From Octopus sinensis (lineage: Eukaryota): 64,000 nt of DNA. The translations under genes and the position numbers were made by a program. The stretch lies in NCBI RefSeq assembly GCF_006345805.1, contig NC_043017.1, positions 18,352,001 through 18,416,000 of the forward strand, in the 5' to 3' direction. Position 1 is the stretch's first letter; every line of letters begins with the position of its first letter. This document shows positions 38,640 through 51,084 of this stretch, one piece after another. The notes beneath the pieces were generated by a model that was given only the letters and a program-made list of their open reading frames with translations, did no database searches and was not told the DNA's origin.

Positions 38640-39115
38640 CATGCATCAGAGTTCAACTCCAGATCTTTGAACTGGGCATTAGCCTCAATTCAGACAGCTA
38701 TGGGAAACTAATGCAGACTGTGGTCAACTCCTGGCTGGAAAGGGTTGCTGCTGGAAGATCATATGTGTGGCAGCAGGATTTGGTTTTTTGCCATACATCT
38801 AAAAATAGATGTGGTAGTTGGAGAATTTCTATGACTCCACCAATCTTAATTTCTGACCTCCTAATCCACCCACCACCCACATAATTGTAATTCCATGGAT
38901 TACTATATGCGTGGGATGTGCTTGAGAAAATCACCAACTGTTCTGCTTGCAACACGAAGATGGAGTTAGTTGCCAAGGTAAAGGAAGGTGTTTGAAGATC
39001 TTCCCAGAAACACAGCGACGAATGCCCACGCTGGGTTCCAGAACCATCTCGAAGCCATGGGAGAAGTTGGGGACAGCTACGCTGAAGAAACTTATCCCCC
39101 TGCCATAAACTAAAT
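38640..39115 (+). mobile_element. maT/DD37D-type transposase 3' fragment
   Basis: Degenerate YVWQQD..NSMDYY..ACNTKMELVAKVKE..LEAM segment, homologous to 12978-13560 in the opposite orientation. Confidence 0.7.
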
Positions 39116-39198
39116 GATATTGTTTGATTTTTTAAAAATACTTATATTTCGTCTGGTATAAGTATATTTATATGCATATGTGTGTGTGTGTGTGTTCG

Positions 39199-39234
<36 letters not shown>

Positions 39235-40898
39235 ATATAGATAGAGAGAGAGAGAGAGAGGAGAGTATTGTAGTTTGCTGGAAGTATTGTGCATTGTTTG
39301 TAGAATATAACTGCTATAGAAGTGACTCGATTAATTCCTGGCAATATCTGAAGAAGGAATTTTTATATTCCAAAATATTATATCAGACTATGACTAATTA
39401 AATTAAAACAGTTATTTGAGTCTAATCTACGTTGTTGTACCATTCAAGATAGGTTATATTTCACACATACACACGCATATCATCATCATCATTATCATCA
39501 TTGTTATGTTCAGTTATAATACAAGCTATTTTACATTAATCTGATGGGTTCTTCTATGCTTTTATAGAGAACAAATTTATTGCCCTTAAACAAGAATATC
39601 ATTGACAGTGACTTTGAAGTTTCAGGCCCTTAAGGCCATTGTAATACAACTGCGTTACCCACGTTTGTTGAATGCCAAATCTATTTTCTTTTGTCTGTTC
39701 CATCCACCCACCTCCCTCGTTATATCAGCAGCCATTTGTAACCTGCAACAATGGGCTAGGTTATTTGTTTTTGTTTTTATTTAATGAACGCAGACCAACC
39801 ACTCACTCTGAAACTGAATGAGAAGCTCTATTAACCAATAATTACAGACTAATTAACTGCAGGGAAAACGAGGCAGGGTCACCATTGAAATAAATATTTT
39901 CTCAGATAATTATTGTGACAGAAACAACAGAAGCTTTGTTCATGCTTTCCTAACAGTTGTTATCATTGTTCTTTCGAGTGACCCCAGGAGGGGCAGAGGG
40001 CAGACAATGGGGTGGGCTTTTAGGCTGGATTAGGATCTTACCAATCAATATCTATAGCAAGGAAATTCATATCTCACTGTTGTCTGTCTGTGTGTCCCTG
40101 TGTGAAGATGACACTTTTGGTGTGGTTGTTGTTATTGTTGTTCAGCCCTAGGTCTGCAGCTCTTAACGAAGGTGATCCAGCCATGACTGCCCCGTCATTT
40201 TGGGGTAGGTATAATAATTATTATTCCATACATACTGTTCGTGATCTGAGGAGGATTTACCTGCTGTTTTTTGCAAGTTGATATATGTTGTTCCTTTTGT
40301 AGGTGGTGGTCATGGTGTTGCAGCTGTTGTTCCTCATTGATGTTGTTGTTTTTTTTTTGTTGTTAAACTCCAGGTCCTCCCTGATCCAGCAGATCAGTGA
40401 TGTGTGAATGTGTGTGTGTGTTTTTGCATGTGTTTGTATGTGCATGTGTGTGTGTGTGTGTGTATCTGTATGTGTTGTGTGTGTATCTGTGTGTGTGTGT
40501 GTGTGTGCATCTGTATGTGTTGTGTGTGTATCTGTGTGTGCGTGTGTGTTTATGTTTGTCTAGACCAGGCCAACTTGAATTACATTGTGGACCATTTTAA
40601 TCACAGAAAGCTTTTTGAGTGCCACTTGTACACTGACAGAATTCAAAGCATTTTGCTTTCTCATGTTATTATTACAATAATGACTGAACAATTGTCGATT
40701 CAACATGAAATATTATCGTCGCTAAAACAATAGTATCTTTCTTTTATATTTTTCATTACAACCTTGAATTTTTGATAAAATTTTTTAAATGTTTGTTTAA
40801 ATAAACCCATTTCAAGAAAGTATCAAGCAACCGCAAGATAAAAGTCTGCAGGCTGCATGTGGCCCGTGGGCTTCAGGTTGGCCAGCCCTGGTCTAGAC

Positions 40899-41157
40899 CA
40901 AAGCTTCTCAACCAGAATCCAAATGGCCCTTGGCAGGTCTACCTTGGATTCTGTTGCTAAAATTTATGTGCAATAAATTGCTTATATACTTGTACAATAC
41001 AAAAAGTATTTTAACAATTTTTTGTACAATTCCTAATAATTTTTCATTATAAAGATGTTTTTTTTTTGAAACATCAAATGGCTGTGAGGGTCTACAGAAG
41101 TGAAATAGGGGTCAAAGAAGTTCATAGATATAGATAAAAACTGGTTGCAAGCCACTG
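40899..41157. mobile_element. hAT (Charlie-like) MITE
   Basis: TIRs CAAAGCTTCTCAACC / GGTTGCAAGCCACTG. Degenerate 8-bp TSD gtctagac / gtctaaaa. Confidence 0.6.
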
Positions 41158-41734
41158 GTCTAAAAGAGATGAGAGCAAAACTGTTGTTAGGATGGTGTTG
41201 TAGTTGTGTGGTGGAGGGGGTGTTTTAGATGTGATGCACTTTTACAACCACCATGTGACTTGATGACAAAGAAACACACACACGTGCATGCACACACACA
41301 TTCATAGGCACACACACATATGTGTCTTCATCATCATTCAACATCCATTCTCCATGCTGCCATGGGTTGAGCACTTTGACAGGATCTGGAAAGATGCAGA
41401 GCCATGTCAGGGCCCTGGTGTCATCTTTGGCAGGGTTTCCACAACTGGATTGCAACTCCTTCACCAGGGCTAGTGAAGTCACCAAGTAACCATCAAGAGG
41501 AAAAAGGGAAAAGAAAACACCACCTCAGCTGATTAAGAATGTATTTGGGAGAGAGGAGGGTGGTTTAATGCCAGGGATTGAAGGCTAAAGCAGGATATAA
41601 GTACAGGTGTCTTGCCTCAATGAAAAGCATTCTCCTAACACAGGCCAGCACTGGAAAATGGACATAAAAAAACAAGTCTCAATGTAATTATTGTCCTTAA
41701 ATAAGGACATTGAGCTATCATTTACAATGACTTT

Positions 41735-42167
41735 AAGGCAGCAAGCTGCCAGAATTGTTAGCATGCTTAGCAGTATTTTGCCTGTCTTTACATTCTGAGT
41801 TCAAACTCTGCCAAGGTTGACTTTGCCTTTCATCCTTTCAGGGTTGATAAATTAAGTACCAGTTATGCACTGGGGTTGATGTAATCGACTATTCCCCCTC
41901 CCCCAAATTTTAGGCCTTGTGCCTATAGTAGAAAGGATTATTATTATTAAAGTGGTGACCTGGCAGAATTGTTAGCAGGCCAGGCAAAATGCTTAGCAGT
42001 ATTTCACCTGTCTTTACGTTCTGAGTTCAAACTCTGCCAAGGTCGACTTTGCCTTTCATCCTTTCGGAGTCAATAAATTAAGTACCAGTTGCGTACTGGG
42101 GTCAATGTAATCAACTATCCCCCTCCCCCAAATTTCAGGCCTTGTGCCCTTAGTAGAAAGGTTTATT
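41735..42167 (+). mobile_element. Two tandem SINE family B copies
   Basis: Head-to-tail copies joined through an (ATT)n tail. Confidence 0.8.
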
Positions 42168-42790
42168 CACAATGACTCAACTCTATCCCCAACTTCATAA
42201 AATTACAAGTTTCTTTAACATTTACTATTTTGTAATTTTGTTTTGTTAATTATATTTTTATTTATTTAATTATCATCATCACCATCGCCATCATCATCGT
42301 CGTTGTTGTTGTAACTTCTCTTTTCCCATACTTGCTTTAGTCAGATGGAATTTTTTGACACAGATCTTTCTACAGCTGGATGCCCTTACAGTCACCGACC
42401 CTTACCTGTTTCCAGATAAGGTAATATTCCCCCTTTGGCCAGATATGTTTCCATGGAAGATTGGAAATAAAAGACACTGCTTACATAACAGTGACACTCG
42501 TTTACAACTATCACAGAATATCAAGACAAAGGGACAGTAACATACACACACAAACACCTGTGCTGTGCCACGTCATAAACGCCTGTGCAGGTGCCACATA
42601 GAAAGCACCTGGCACACTCTGGAAAGTGGTTGGCATTAGGAAGGGCATCCAGCTGTAGAAGCCATGCCAAAGCAGACAGTTGGAGCCTGGTGCAGCTCTC
42701 CAGCCTTGCCAGCTCCTGTCAAACCATCCAACCCATGCCAGCATGGAAAATGGATATAAAATGATGTATGTATGTATGTACACATATATA

Positions 42791-42953
42791 CAACAGGCTT
42801 CTTTCAGTTTCCAGCTATCAAATTCACTTAAAACTTTGGTCAGGCTGGGACTATAGTAGAGGTCACTTGCCCAAGGTGCCACACCATAGGATTGAACCCA
42901 AAACCATGTGGCTGGAGAGCGAACGTCTTACAACACAGTCACACCCTGTGCCT
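42791..42953 (-). mobile_element. SINE family A, 5' part
   Basis: Homology to the family A head. Accounts for the non-transporter N-terminus of ORF 42768..43385. Confidence 0.8.
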
Positions 42954-42993
42954 GCATTTATTTATTTATTTATTTATTTCATTTTACTTTCAG

Positions 42994-43325
42994 AGAAACT
43001 CTTCATGAAAGTGGCTAGTCTTGTGGCAATGACTGTACTGAATTCCACTGTCGTTCTGCTAATGCGGTACCTAAGGATGCGTCAAGGACCTCTCTTTATA
43101 TCAACAACAGCTGTCGTCATGTGCGAAGTCTTTAAACTCTTCATAAGTATGTTGTGTGTTGTGGTTGAGGAACGCAACTTAGTTCGCCTGCCCTATATAA
43201 TATACGATAGCTTCTTTGGCAGTTACATTGATACTTTGAAAATGATGGTACCTTCGTTTTTATACACCCTTCAGAATAATTTATTCTTTGTAGCCATATC
43301 AAACCTAGATGTTGCAACTGTACAG
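42994..43325 (+). CDS. SLC35A2: Nucleotide-sugar transporter, SLC35A2/A3 (UDP-Gal/UDP-GlcNAc) type, internal coding exon
   Basis: Acceptor attttactttcag, donor CAG|GTGAGT. Translation KLFMKVASL..LMRY..STTAVVMCEVFK..VPSFLYTLQNNLFFVAISNLDVATVQ matches SLC35A TM1-TM3 motifs. The phase-0 intron at Q|V.YQL is a conserved SLC35A position. A2 versus A3 orthology is not resolved. Confidence 0.92.
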
Positions 43326-44546
43326 GTGAGTTCTAGAGACCTGTTTGGTCTTCTTCTTCCGCTTTCTGTTATTCCTTGGTTCTAGGTCAGCCTAGATGCA
43401 GCAATAACCATTGCTTGCTTGCTTGCTTGACAGAGCTGGGAGTCATCCTAGATTAGTGGCTCCAAAGATGTCATCATGCATAGAGCCGACCAGGTTCACC
43501 AGAGCTCTCCATTGCTGGCGGTCCTATGCCAGCCCGTTTGAATCCCATCTTTTATTCCGACACAGTGTACTTTGGACTACATTATTTAATATGTCCCCTT
43601 TTTTGATTGTTTAGCCCCCCAGGACATTTCTGATCCAGGTGATCTATGATCAACAATGTTTCATCTGTGATGTTCACATTTTTTATTCTGGCATAGCATA
43701 TCTAGGACTACATTATATTATGTGTCCTTCCTTCTGTTGTTGTTCAGTCCTAAGTCAACTTTCATCCAGCAGACCTATGCTCCAGTTGTGACATCCTATG
43801 TTCTATTCAGCCATAATGTATCTTGGACTACATGAGCTAATGTATCTTGTTATTTAGCTGCAGATCTTCCCTGTTACAGTTGGCTAATGTTCAATGACGT
43901 TCTACCCATGACTATCCCATCTTTTTTTTCGGACATGGTGTATTTAGAACTACATTATCTAATGTGTCCTTCTTGTTTTAAGATAACTGCATGTGATTTG
44001 AGAAAGATTTGGTTTCAATCTCTAGAAAGTTGAGCAACAGCAGAGATGTTCTCTTCAAAAGACCTGTTATTATTGTCATTGTTTAGCCCTAGGCCAATTC
44101 CTGTCAAGTAGGTTTAGGATGAAACATGTTCCAGTCATGACCATCTAGCCTATATTGTGGTAAATCTAAGAAATACTTTATCCAATCTATCCACATTTTT
44201 TACTTCAACTGATATGTTGTCATTTGAGGGATATTTGGCTGCTATTTCTAACAAGTCTAGCATTTCAGCCGTGATCCATTTTTTAAGGCACAATGTATCT
44301 AAGACTACACTATCTAATGTGTCCTTTTTTAAGACCGTAGAGTTCAATTTCAGGAGTGACTCAGCTGTTCTTTCTAGCTGTTCTAGCTAAAAGAATATGG
44401 AAGGTGACATGTAGCACTAGATAGACTGTGCCTGAATAAAAGACAGGATGGTCACATGTGGACTGGTATCACAAGAGTTAATGTCTTTTTTAGTTTTTAT
44501 TCTATTTTCATTTTTCTCTTTTCTAATTTTTAAACTGTTAAATCAA

Positions 44547-44876
44547 ACAGTTCTATAATTAAAAGACGAGGAATTATGTACATTATTTACATTTGACAGA
44601 TATTTGTCTTCATCTTCTTTGTCGTTAACACAATGTTTCAGCTGATACACCCTCCAGCCTTCATCAGGCATATGGAGTAGTGGTTAAGAGTGCGGCCCAC
44701 TAACCCCAAGATTCTGAGTTCAATTCCAGGCAGTGACCTGAACAATGGTGGTGGTGGCGGCGAAAAACACCTTAGGAATGAGAACCCATGTTCGAAATTT
44801 CCCCAAGACACCTGATGAAGGCTGGAGGGTATATCAGCTGAAACAGTGTGTTAACAGCAAGCAATGTAAATAATGT
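44547..44876 (+). mobile_element. Composite fold-back element F1, copy B
   Basis: Same inversion junction (ccttcatcagg, then the tRNA-like head). A box TGGAGTAGTGG 44673, B box GAGTTCAATTCC 44716. Direct HHR GACAC-CTGATGA-A-GGCTG..CAGCT-GAAAC-AGT-GTGTT at 44807-44852. Confidence 0.75.
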
Positions 44877-44906
44877 TAAATCAATATCTTCTTTTTCTCT
44901 TTGCAG

Positions 44907-45512
44907 GTTCTCTATCAACTTAGGATTTTCACTACATGTTTATTCGCTGTGATAATACTGGGAAAAGAAATCAATCGCAGTCAAGGTATAGCGATTGTGA
45001 TGTTATTCGTCGGTGTCTGTGTAGTACAGTTAAACCTCGACACAGAACAAACACATGAACATGTTGAGCAACAGACTCAGAATAATTTTCTTGGAGTAAT
45101 TGCCATTGTCGTCTCTGTGTTCCTTTCAGGGTTTGCAGGGGTCTACTTTGAAAAAGTCCTCAAATCAACCTCCAAATCAGTTTGGATACGCAACATACAG
45201 TTGGCCAGTTACGGCATCTTCCTTGGTTTCATAGGAATAGTCACAAAAGATGGAGCTACTATAGCTGAAAAAGGTTTTTTCTTTGGCTACGATAACCTTG
45301 TGCTTCTGTCGCTTTTCATTCAAGCTTTTGCTGGCCTCAGCATTGCTGTTGTGTTCAAGTATGCTGACAACGTGCTCAAGTCATTTGCCTCCTCCATGTC
45401 CATCATAATTTCTTGTGTTGCTGCTGTCATATTCTTCAAAACACACCTTACACCTGCATTCTACTGTGGTACATTTTTTGTTATATGCTCCCTGTTTCTA
45501 TACAATAGATAA
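44907..45512 (+). CDS. SLC35A2: SLC35A2/A3-type transporter, terminal coding exon
   Basis: Acceptor ctttttctctttgcag. Translation VLYQLRIFTT..SGFAGVYFEKVLK..SVWIRNIQL..GFFFGYD..KYADNVLKSFA..FLYNR*. Stop TAA at 45510-45512. Confidence 0.95.
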   Translation, partial: VLYQLRIFTTCLFAVIILGKEINRSQGIAIVMLFVGVCVVQLNLDTEQTHEHVEQQTQNNFLGVIAIVVSVFLSGFAGVYFEKVLKSTSKSVWIRNIQLASYGIFLGFIGIVTKDGATIAEKGFFFGYDNLVLLSLFIQAFAGLSIAVVFKYADNVLKSFASSMSIIISCVAAVIFFKTHLTPAFYCGTFFVICSLFLYNR

Positions 45513-45857
45513 CTCAACCTGTTGCCCCTATTTCATACAATAACCTGGTCCATGCTGAGGCCTTCAGCCAAGTCATACTGCTTCATAGCAAACATTCAGG
45601 TCAGGTTGAAGGCCTGCAGATAATATCATCCTCTAAGTAAACCATTCATATATATATATTTATCTATTTAAACATTTAATCCATAATCATTAGTCTGACA
45701 AAATGTATGATGACAGGCAAATGGTCATAGATTGAATGCTTATTCACTCTCAGAGGTATCTGAGTCTTTTACTCTGTGTGGCCAGACATAGAGCCTTTTG
45801 AACTTCTCATCCCCTGGTCCCCTGGAATGTGTATGTGTATACAGAGAGAGAGGGAGG

Positions 45858-45903
<46 letters not shown>

Positions 45904-46318
45904 CAACAGGCAGAGACATAAGTTTCACAGATAAATTAATTTAAATACTTTCAATAGCTATTTCATTAGAAATAAGTATAATTAATTCTTTAATTATGTA
46001 AGTAGAGTACTTAATTAATGAAAATTAACTTAAATTAGATTAATTTAAAGCAATGCTAATCCCATATCTTTGGGAATATTAACAGCTATGCTTCTCATAA
46101 ATCTTTGCTGGTTCTCATGAAGCACATCTGTCAGTGCGGCTTTCAATTGTACATCGGCAAATGTTTTATTTTAAATGAGAAAGTCATAAATAGAATTCCA
46201 AATTCCGTGTGAATTATAACATTTGTAGAGTATGCATTAAAACAAAGACTGTAATATGTGATAACAATTTATACTGTGGTAAAATGGTACCACATAGTCC
46301 AATCTTTGTTTTTACATT

Positions 46319-46383
<65 letters not shown>

Positions 46384-46439
46384 AGGTAGATAGACAGATA
46401 GATAGATAGTAATGCATTAACCAGCAGTTTTGTTTCTAA

Positions 46440-46720
46440 CACATAGATAAGTAGAAAGCCACAACGTTAGCTAGCCATAGCTAGGATCTAAAGACTCACT
46501 TCACACTACACATCATCCAGTAGAGCATCTTGGAATGTCCATGTCAGACGTTAATGGATCAAAGAGATGCAAGCTTTGTTTAGCTGAAAGATCTCATATC
46601 CTTTTTAGAACCAAGAACTCTACTGACCTACTCAATTTCAGATATGAAATTTTTATAAAATGTAAATATACAGACAAATTCCTTTTGTTAAAGTTGAGGA
46701 CACCACCATCTCTGAATTAA
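46440..46720 (+). mobile_element. Penelope-like element ORF C-terminal (GIY-YIG end) remnant
   Basis: Translation NGSKRCKLCLAERSHIL..LLNFRYEIFIKCKYTDKFLL resembles the CxLC..EK..I / LLNKRSE..CRH.NK..L terminus of PLE proteins. Confidence 0.65.
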
Positions 46721-47226
46721 GCATTTATTGTTACAAACTTCGATCAAGTTAGAAAGTTTGCTTGGAAACACATAACATGTTATATGAGCTTGTCAGATTA
46801 TAATGTTTTCACAGTATGAAATTAATCATAGCTTGAATTTAAATCCTGTGTATATTAAATGATGTACACACATTTATATACATAGATATGTGTGTGGAGG
46901 GTCATAGTTTAGTGGTTTTGGTGTTGAACTCATGATTGCAAGATTGTGGTTTCGATTCCTGGACCGGGCGATGCATTGTGTTCTTGAGTAAAACACTTCA
47001 TTTCACATTGCACCAGTCCACTCAGCTGAGAGAAATGAGTAATCCTGTGATGGACTGGTGTTCCATCCAGGTGGGGAATTTATACACCATGGAAACTGGG
47101 AAACCGGCCCTTATGAGTCCATAAGACTTGTGAAGGAACTTTACTCTGTGTGTGTATGTGTGTATGTATATATATAAAAAGTAAAAGAGTCAAAAGGAAG
47201 AGTAAGTACAGTTAGGCAGCTTTTTA

Positions 47227-47348
47227 ATCACAACAAATGTTTCGATAGATACAGATCCTCGTATATACAGGATTCAAAGTTGAGTTCAAATTAAATTATG
47301 TATTGATTTACCTGTATAAGAAGATCTATATGTATCTCCTCAGGCAAT
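47227..47348 (-). ncRNA. Type I hammerhead ribozyme candidate with canonical core and long stem II (F6)
   Basis: Minus strand reads ATTGC CTGAGGA [GATACATATAGATCTTCTTATACAGG..loop..CCTGTATATACGAGGATCTGTATCTATC] GAAAC ATTT GTT GTGAT. All invariant core bases are present, with G10.1-C11.1 and a 5-bp stem I containing 2 G-U pairs. Confidence 0.7.
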
Positions 47349-47481
47349 ACTCAGTTGCTGTCTCCATAAGTAAATCTAGATTTCCATGCTACAACATAAG
47401 AATACTACCGGCTATTTGGGAATTCTCAAGGTGAATGAGGTCCATTTGTACTCTTATACATTCTTAACAGAACACACCTCT

Positions 47482-47528
<47 letters not shown>

Positions 47529-47571
47529 GTAAAGAGTGAAAAAACGACAGGTGCTTTCACAAACCAACTTT

Positions 47572-47601
<30 letters not shown>

Positions 47602-47608
<7 letters not shown>

Positions 47609-47960
47609 ATCATATAATTAAGGGCTAAAGAGGGTTATTCTAAAGCCAATACACTGATTTATCCACTTATAATCCACTTGTTACAGGAAAATTGAAACTG
47701 AAAACGGGCAACTAACCTTTAGAAAATTAAATTTCGTTATCTCTATATTGAATCAATTTCGGAATTAATCTTATAAAGGATCCTTTATAAGATTAATTCC
47801 GAAATTGATTCAATATAGAGATAACGAAATTTAAATTTTCTAAAGGTTAGTTGCCCGTTTTCAGTTTCAATTTTCCTGTAACAAGTGGATTATAAGTGGA
47901 TAAATCAGTGTATTGGCTTTAGAATAACCCTCTTTAGCCCTTAATTATATGATGTTTATA
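47602..47960. repeat. 359-bp spacerless palindrome
   Basis: Symmetry centre GGA|TCC at 47780/47781. The 179-bp and 180-bp arms differ only by a 1-nt indel (aaaattaaattt versus aaaatttaaattt). Confidence 0.95.
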
Positions 47961-48050
47961 CTTCAACCGTAACGGTTTTTTTAATATACTGCTACGCTTC
48001 CTGATGGATTTCTTTTCTGTAGAGAAAGGGACTTCATCCTATATTGTTAG

Positions 48051-48090
<40 letters not shown>

Positions 48091-48893
48091 ATATATAATG
48101 TGGAGGCGCATAGCTTAGTGGTCAGGGCGTCAGCATCATGATCGTAAGATTGTGGTTTTGATTCCTGGAGCGGGTGGCACATTGTGTTCTCGAGCAAAAC
48201 ACTTCATTTCATGTTGCTCCAGTCCACTCAGCTGGCAAAAATGAGTAATGCTGTGGTGGACTGGCATCCCGTCCAGCTGGGGAACACATACACCACTGAA
48301 ACCGGGAAACCAGGCCCATGAGCCTGGCTAGGCTTTAAAAGGGCACATTTATTTTTTATATATATATATAATATATACTTTAGACTTGATGCATCAACCA
48401 ACCACTTGGTGGAATAACTTTGGAAATTTGGTAGATTAACTTGGAGAGATTCTTATATTCCTCATTTAACATTCTGTTGGCCAGATTTCCATTTCATGGA
48501 GTGCTTATTGAGGTATTCACCTAGGTCTATTCAAGCCTTATTTTCTAGCACTACACACACACACACATGCACACATTTATATTTGTATTTGTGTGTGTGT
48601 GTATGTGTGTCTGTGTGTGTGTAAGTATAATTTGATTATGTGCAACAGAATTAGTATTAGATTAAAATAGCAATTTGTTTATGCTACTTAATGCAAATAC
48701 ATGACAAAAGTTCAAACTAACTGTGGTATTCGTTCAGGCATAATATCTCTTATGGATGTGCAATGGTAAATTAACACAAAACTAAATCAGAAGCAGGGGA
48801 AAACCATTCTTCAGCAATGGTGGGAGTGCTCGATGTCCATTTATGCCTGTACATATATATATGTAAGTGTGTGAATGTGTGTGTGTGTATGTA

Positions 48894-49467
48894 TATATAA
48901 AAGAAGAAAAAGAAAATGGAGATTGGGAAGTTAATAATTGTTTATTATTGATAACAAATTAATCATCATACCTTACAGCTTTTTCAATTAATACTCAGTG
49001 AATTGATTAAATATTAAATTCATATAACCTGAGCATAATAACTTCAGAGAGTAAAAAAATATATCATTGGATGTTTTATATGTTGTACGCTTATACGTTC
49101 TTAACAGAACACACCTCAACTACATATATATACATACATATATATATATATACATACATACATACATACATATATATATATTATATATATATATATATAT
49201 ATAATGTGGGGGCGCATGGCTTAGTGTGTGTCAATATTGCAGACTCTGTAGTCATCTATAATGAATCCATAAACATATATAAAACATCCAAGGATATATT
49301 TTTTTTGCTCTCTGAAGATATTATACTCAGGGCATACGGAATTTAATATTTAATCAATTCACTGAGTATTAAATTGAAATAGCTGTAAGTGAAGATGATT
49401 AATTTGTTGTTAATAATAAATAATTATTAACTTCCCAATCTCCATTTTCTTTTTCTTCTTTTATATA
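48894..49467. mobile_element. Fold-back F7 (about 190-bp arms) with HHR-like motif
   Basis: Arms at about 48894-49082 and 49274-49467, roughly 85-90% identical by eye. Plus 49307-49389 reads GCTCT CTGAAGA..ATACTCAG..CTGAGTAT..GAAAT AGCT GTA AG. Confidence 0.65.
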
Positions 49468-50667
49468 AATATAAACTATGCTTTTATATATATACCTATC
49501 ATGTTAAGGAAATTAATTTCCCCCCAAATATTAGGTATTGAACCAGTATTTCCTTGAATCAAATCATCCCTTCATGAGGCTAACACAATCTCTAATCACA
49601 CACACATATATATATATAATATATATATATATATATAATCAAAATGGGTAATAACATAGGTTATTATTACCAGTGGCCTAGCACAAAAGACGAATTAGTC
49701 ATTAGACAAAATATTATTCATATAGAAATATATATATATATATATATATACATGCATGCACATATATATGTGTTTGTGTGTGTGTGTGAGTATCATCATC
49801 ATCATCATCATCATCGTTTAGCGTCCGTTTTCCATGCTAGCATGGGTTGGACGGTTCTACTGGGGTCTGTGAAGCCAGAAGGCTTCATCAGGCCCAGTCA
49901 AATCTGGCAGTGTTTCTACGGCTGGATGCCCTTCCTAACGCCAACCACTCTGAGAGTGTAGTGGGTGCTTTTTACGTGCCACCCGCACAGGTGCCAGACA
50001 GAGCTGGCAAACGGCCACGAACGGATGGTGCTTTTTATGTGCCACCGGCACGAGGGCCAGGCGAGGCTGGCAACGGACACGAAACGGGGCGGTGCTGGCA
50101 ACGGTCGCGAAACGGAAGGTTCTCTTACATGCCACCGGCACTGTATGTATATATATATATATATATATACATACACACACACACACACACACAAACACAT
50201 ATATATATATGTGCATGCATGTATACATATATGTGGGTATCCCACCCATGCCAGTATGTAAGGTGGGTGTTAAATGATGATTTTATATTTATATTTAAAA
50301 AAATTTAACAAAAACACAACAAACGGAAAATGTTACAGAAATATAACAAACAGAAAATTTGTAGGTAATTCTTCATCCCAAAGATTTAATTTTGCACCTT
50401 TGATGTTAATATTGTTCACTTTTGGTGGTGCCAGTGGTGAAAAGCCACTGGGAGTAGCTAACAAATGTACAGGACAATGTCAGAAACAAACATGACAAAA
50501 TAAAATACACATGTACGATGAAAAAGCCATGCGACCACAAGGCAGGCAGGTATGGAGTGACACAAGGGAAAATGAAAGTGTCATGTAGGACTATCTATAC
50601 GTATATATATATGTGTATGTATACATACATACATTATATATATTTATCTATATATATATATATATAG

Positions 50668-50835
50668 TAGAAATTTACAAAAAAATAAACAAAACAAAAG
50701 ACGAAGACGGGTGTGTAAACAACAAACAGATGTATTAGTTTAACAGTTGGGAAGTGAGAAAGTGTTTTCTGTTTCGAGCCTATGCTCTTCGATAGAAAGG
50801 AACACAGAAATAAACAGAGAGAGAAAATAAAAATG
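50668..50835 (-). mobile_element. PLE-like terminal repeat F2, copy 3
   Basis: Homologous to 549-712. Core reads CTATCGA-A-GAGC-ATAG-GCTC-GAAAC. Confidence 0.55.
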
Positions 50836-51084
50836 GGTTTAGATGCTAGCAATCAATCATGCCAAATATATAAATGATTAAGGTGGCTATTCAGAATTTA
50901 GAACTGATGGGCAACAAGTACAGTGGTCACTAAAGTGACTGAGGGAACTAGTAAGCACCAGCATTGCTAGAGATAAGTCAAAAAACAACTCTTAGCCACG
51001 TGAGAGCACTTTTCTAAGGGTTGACAAGGAAGACAGGCTCCCTCCCTATGACAAGCAAGATGGAGTCAGACCAGAACTGATTTC

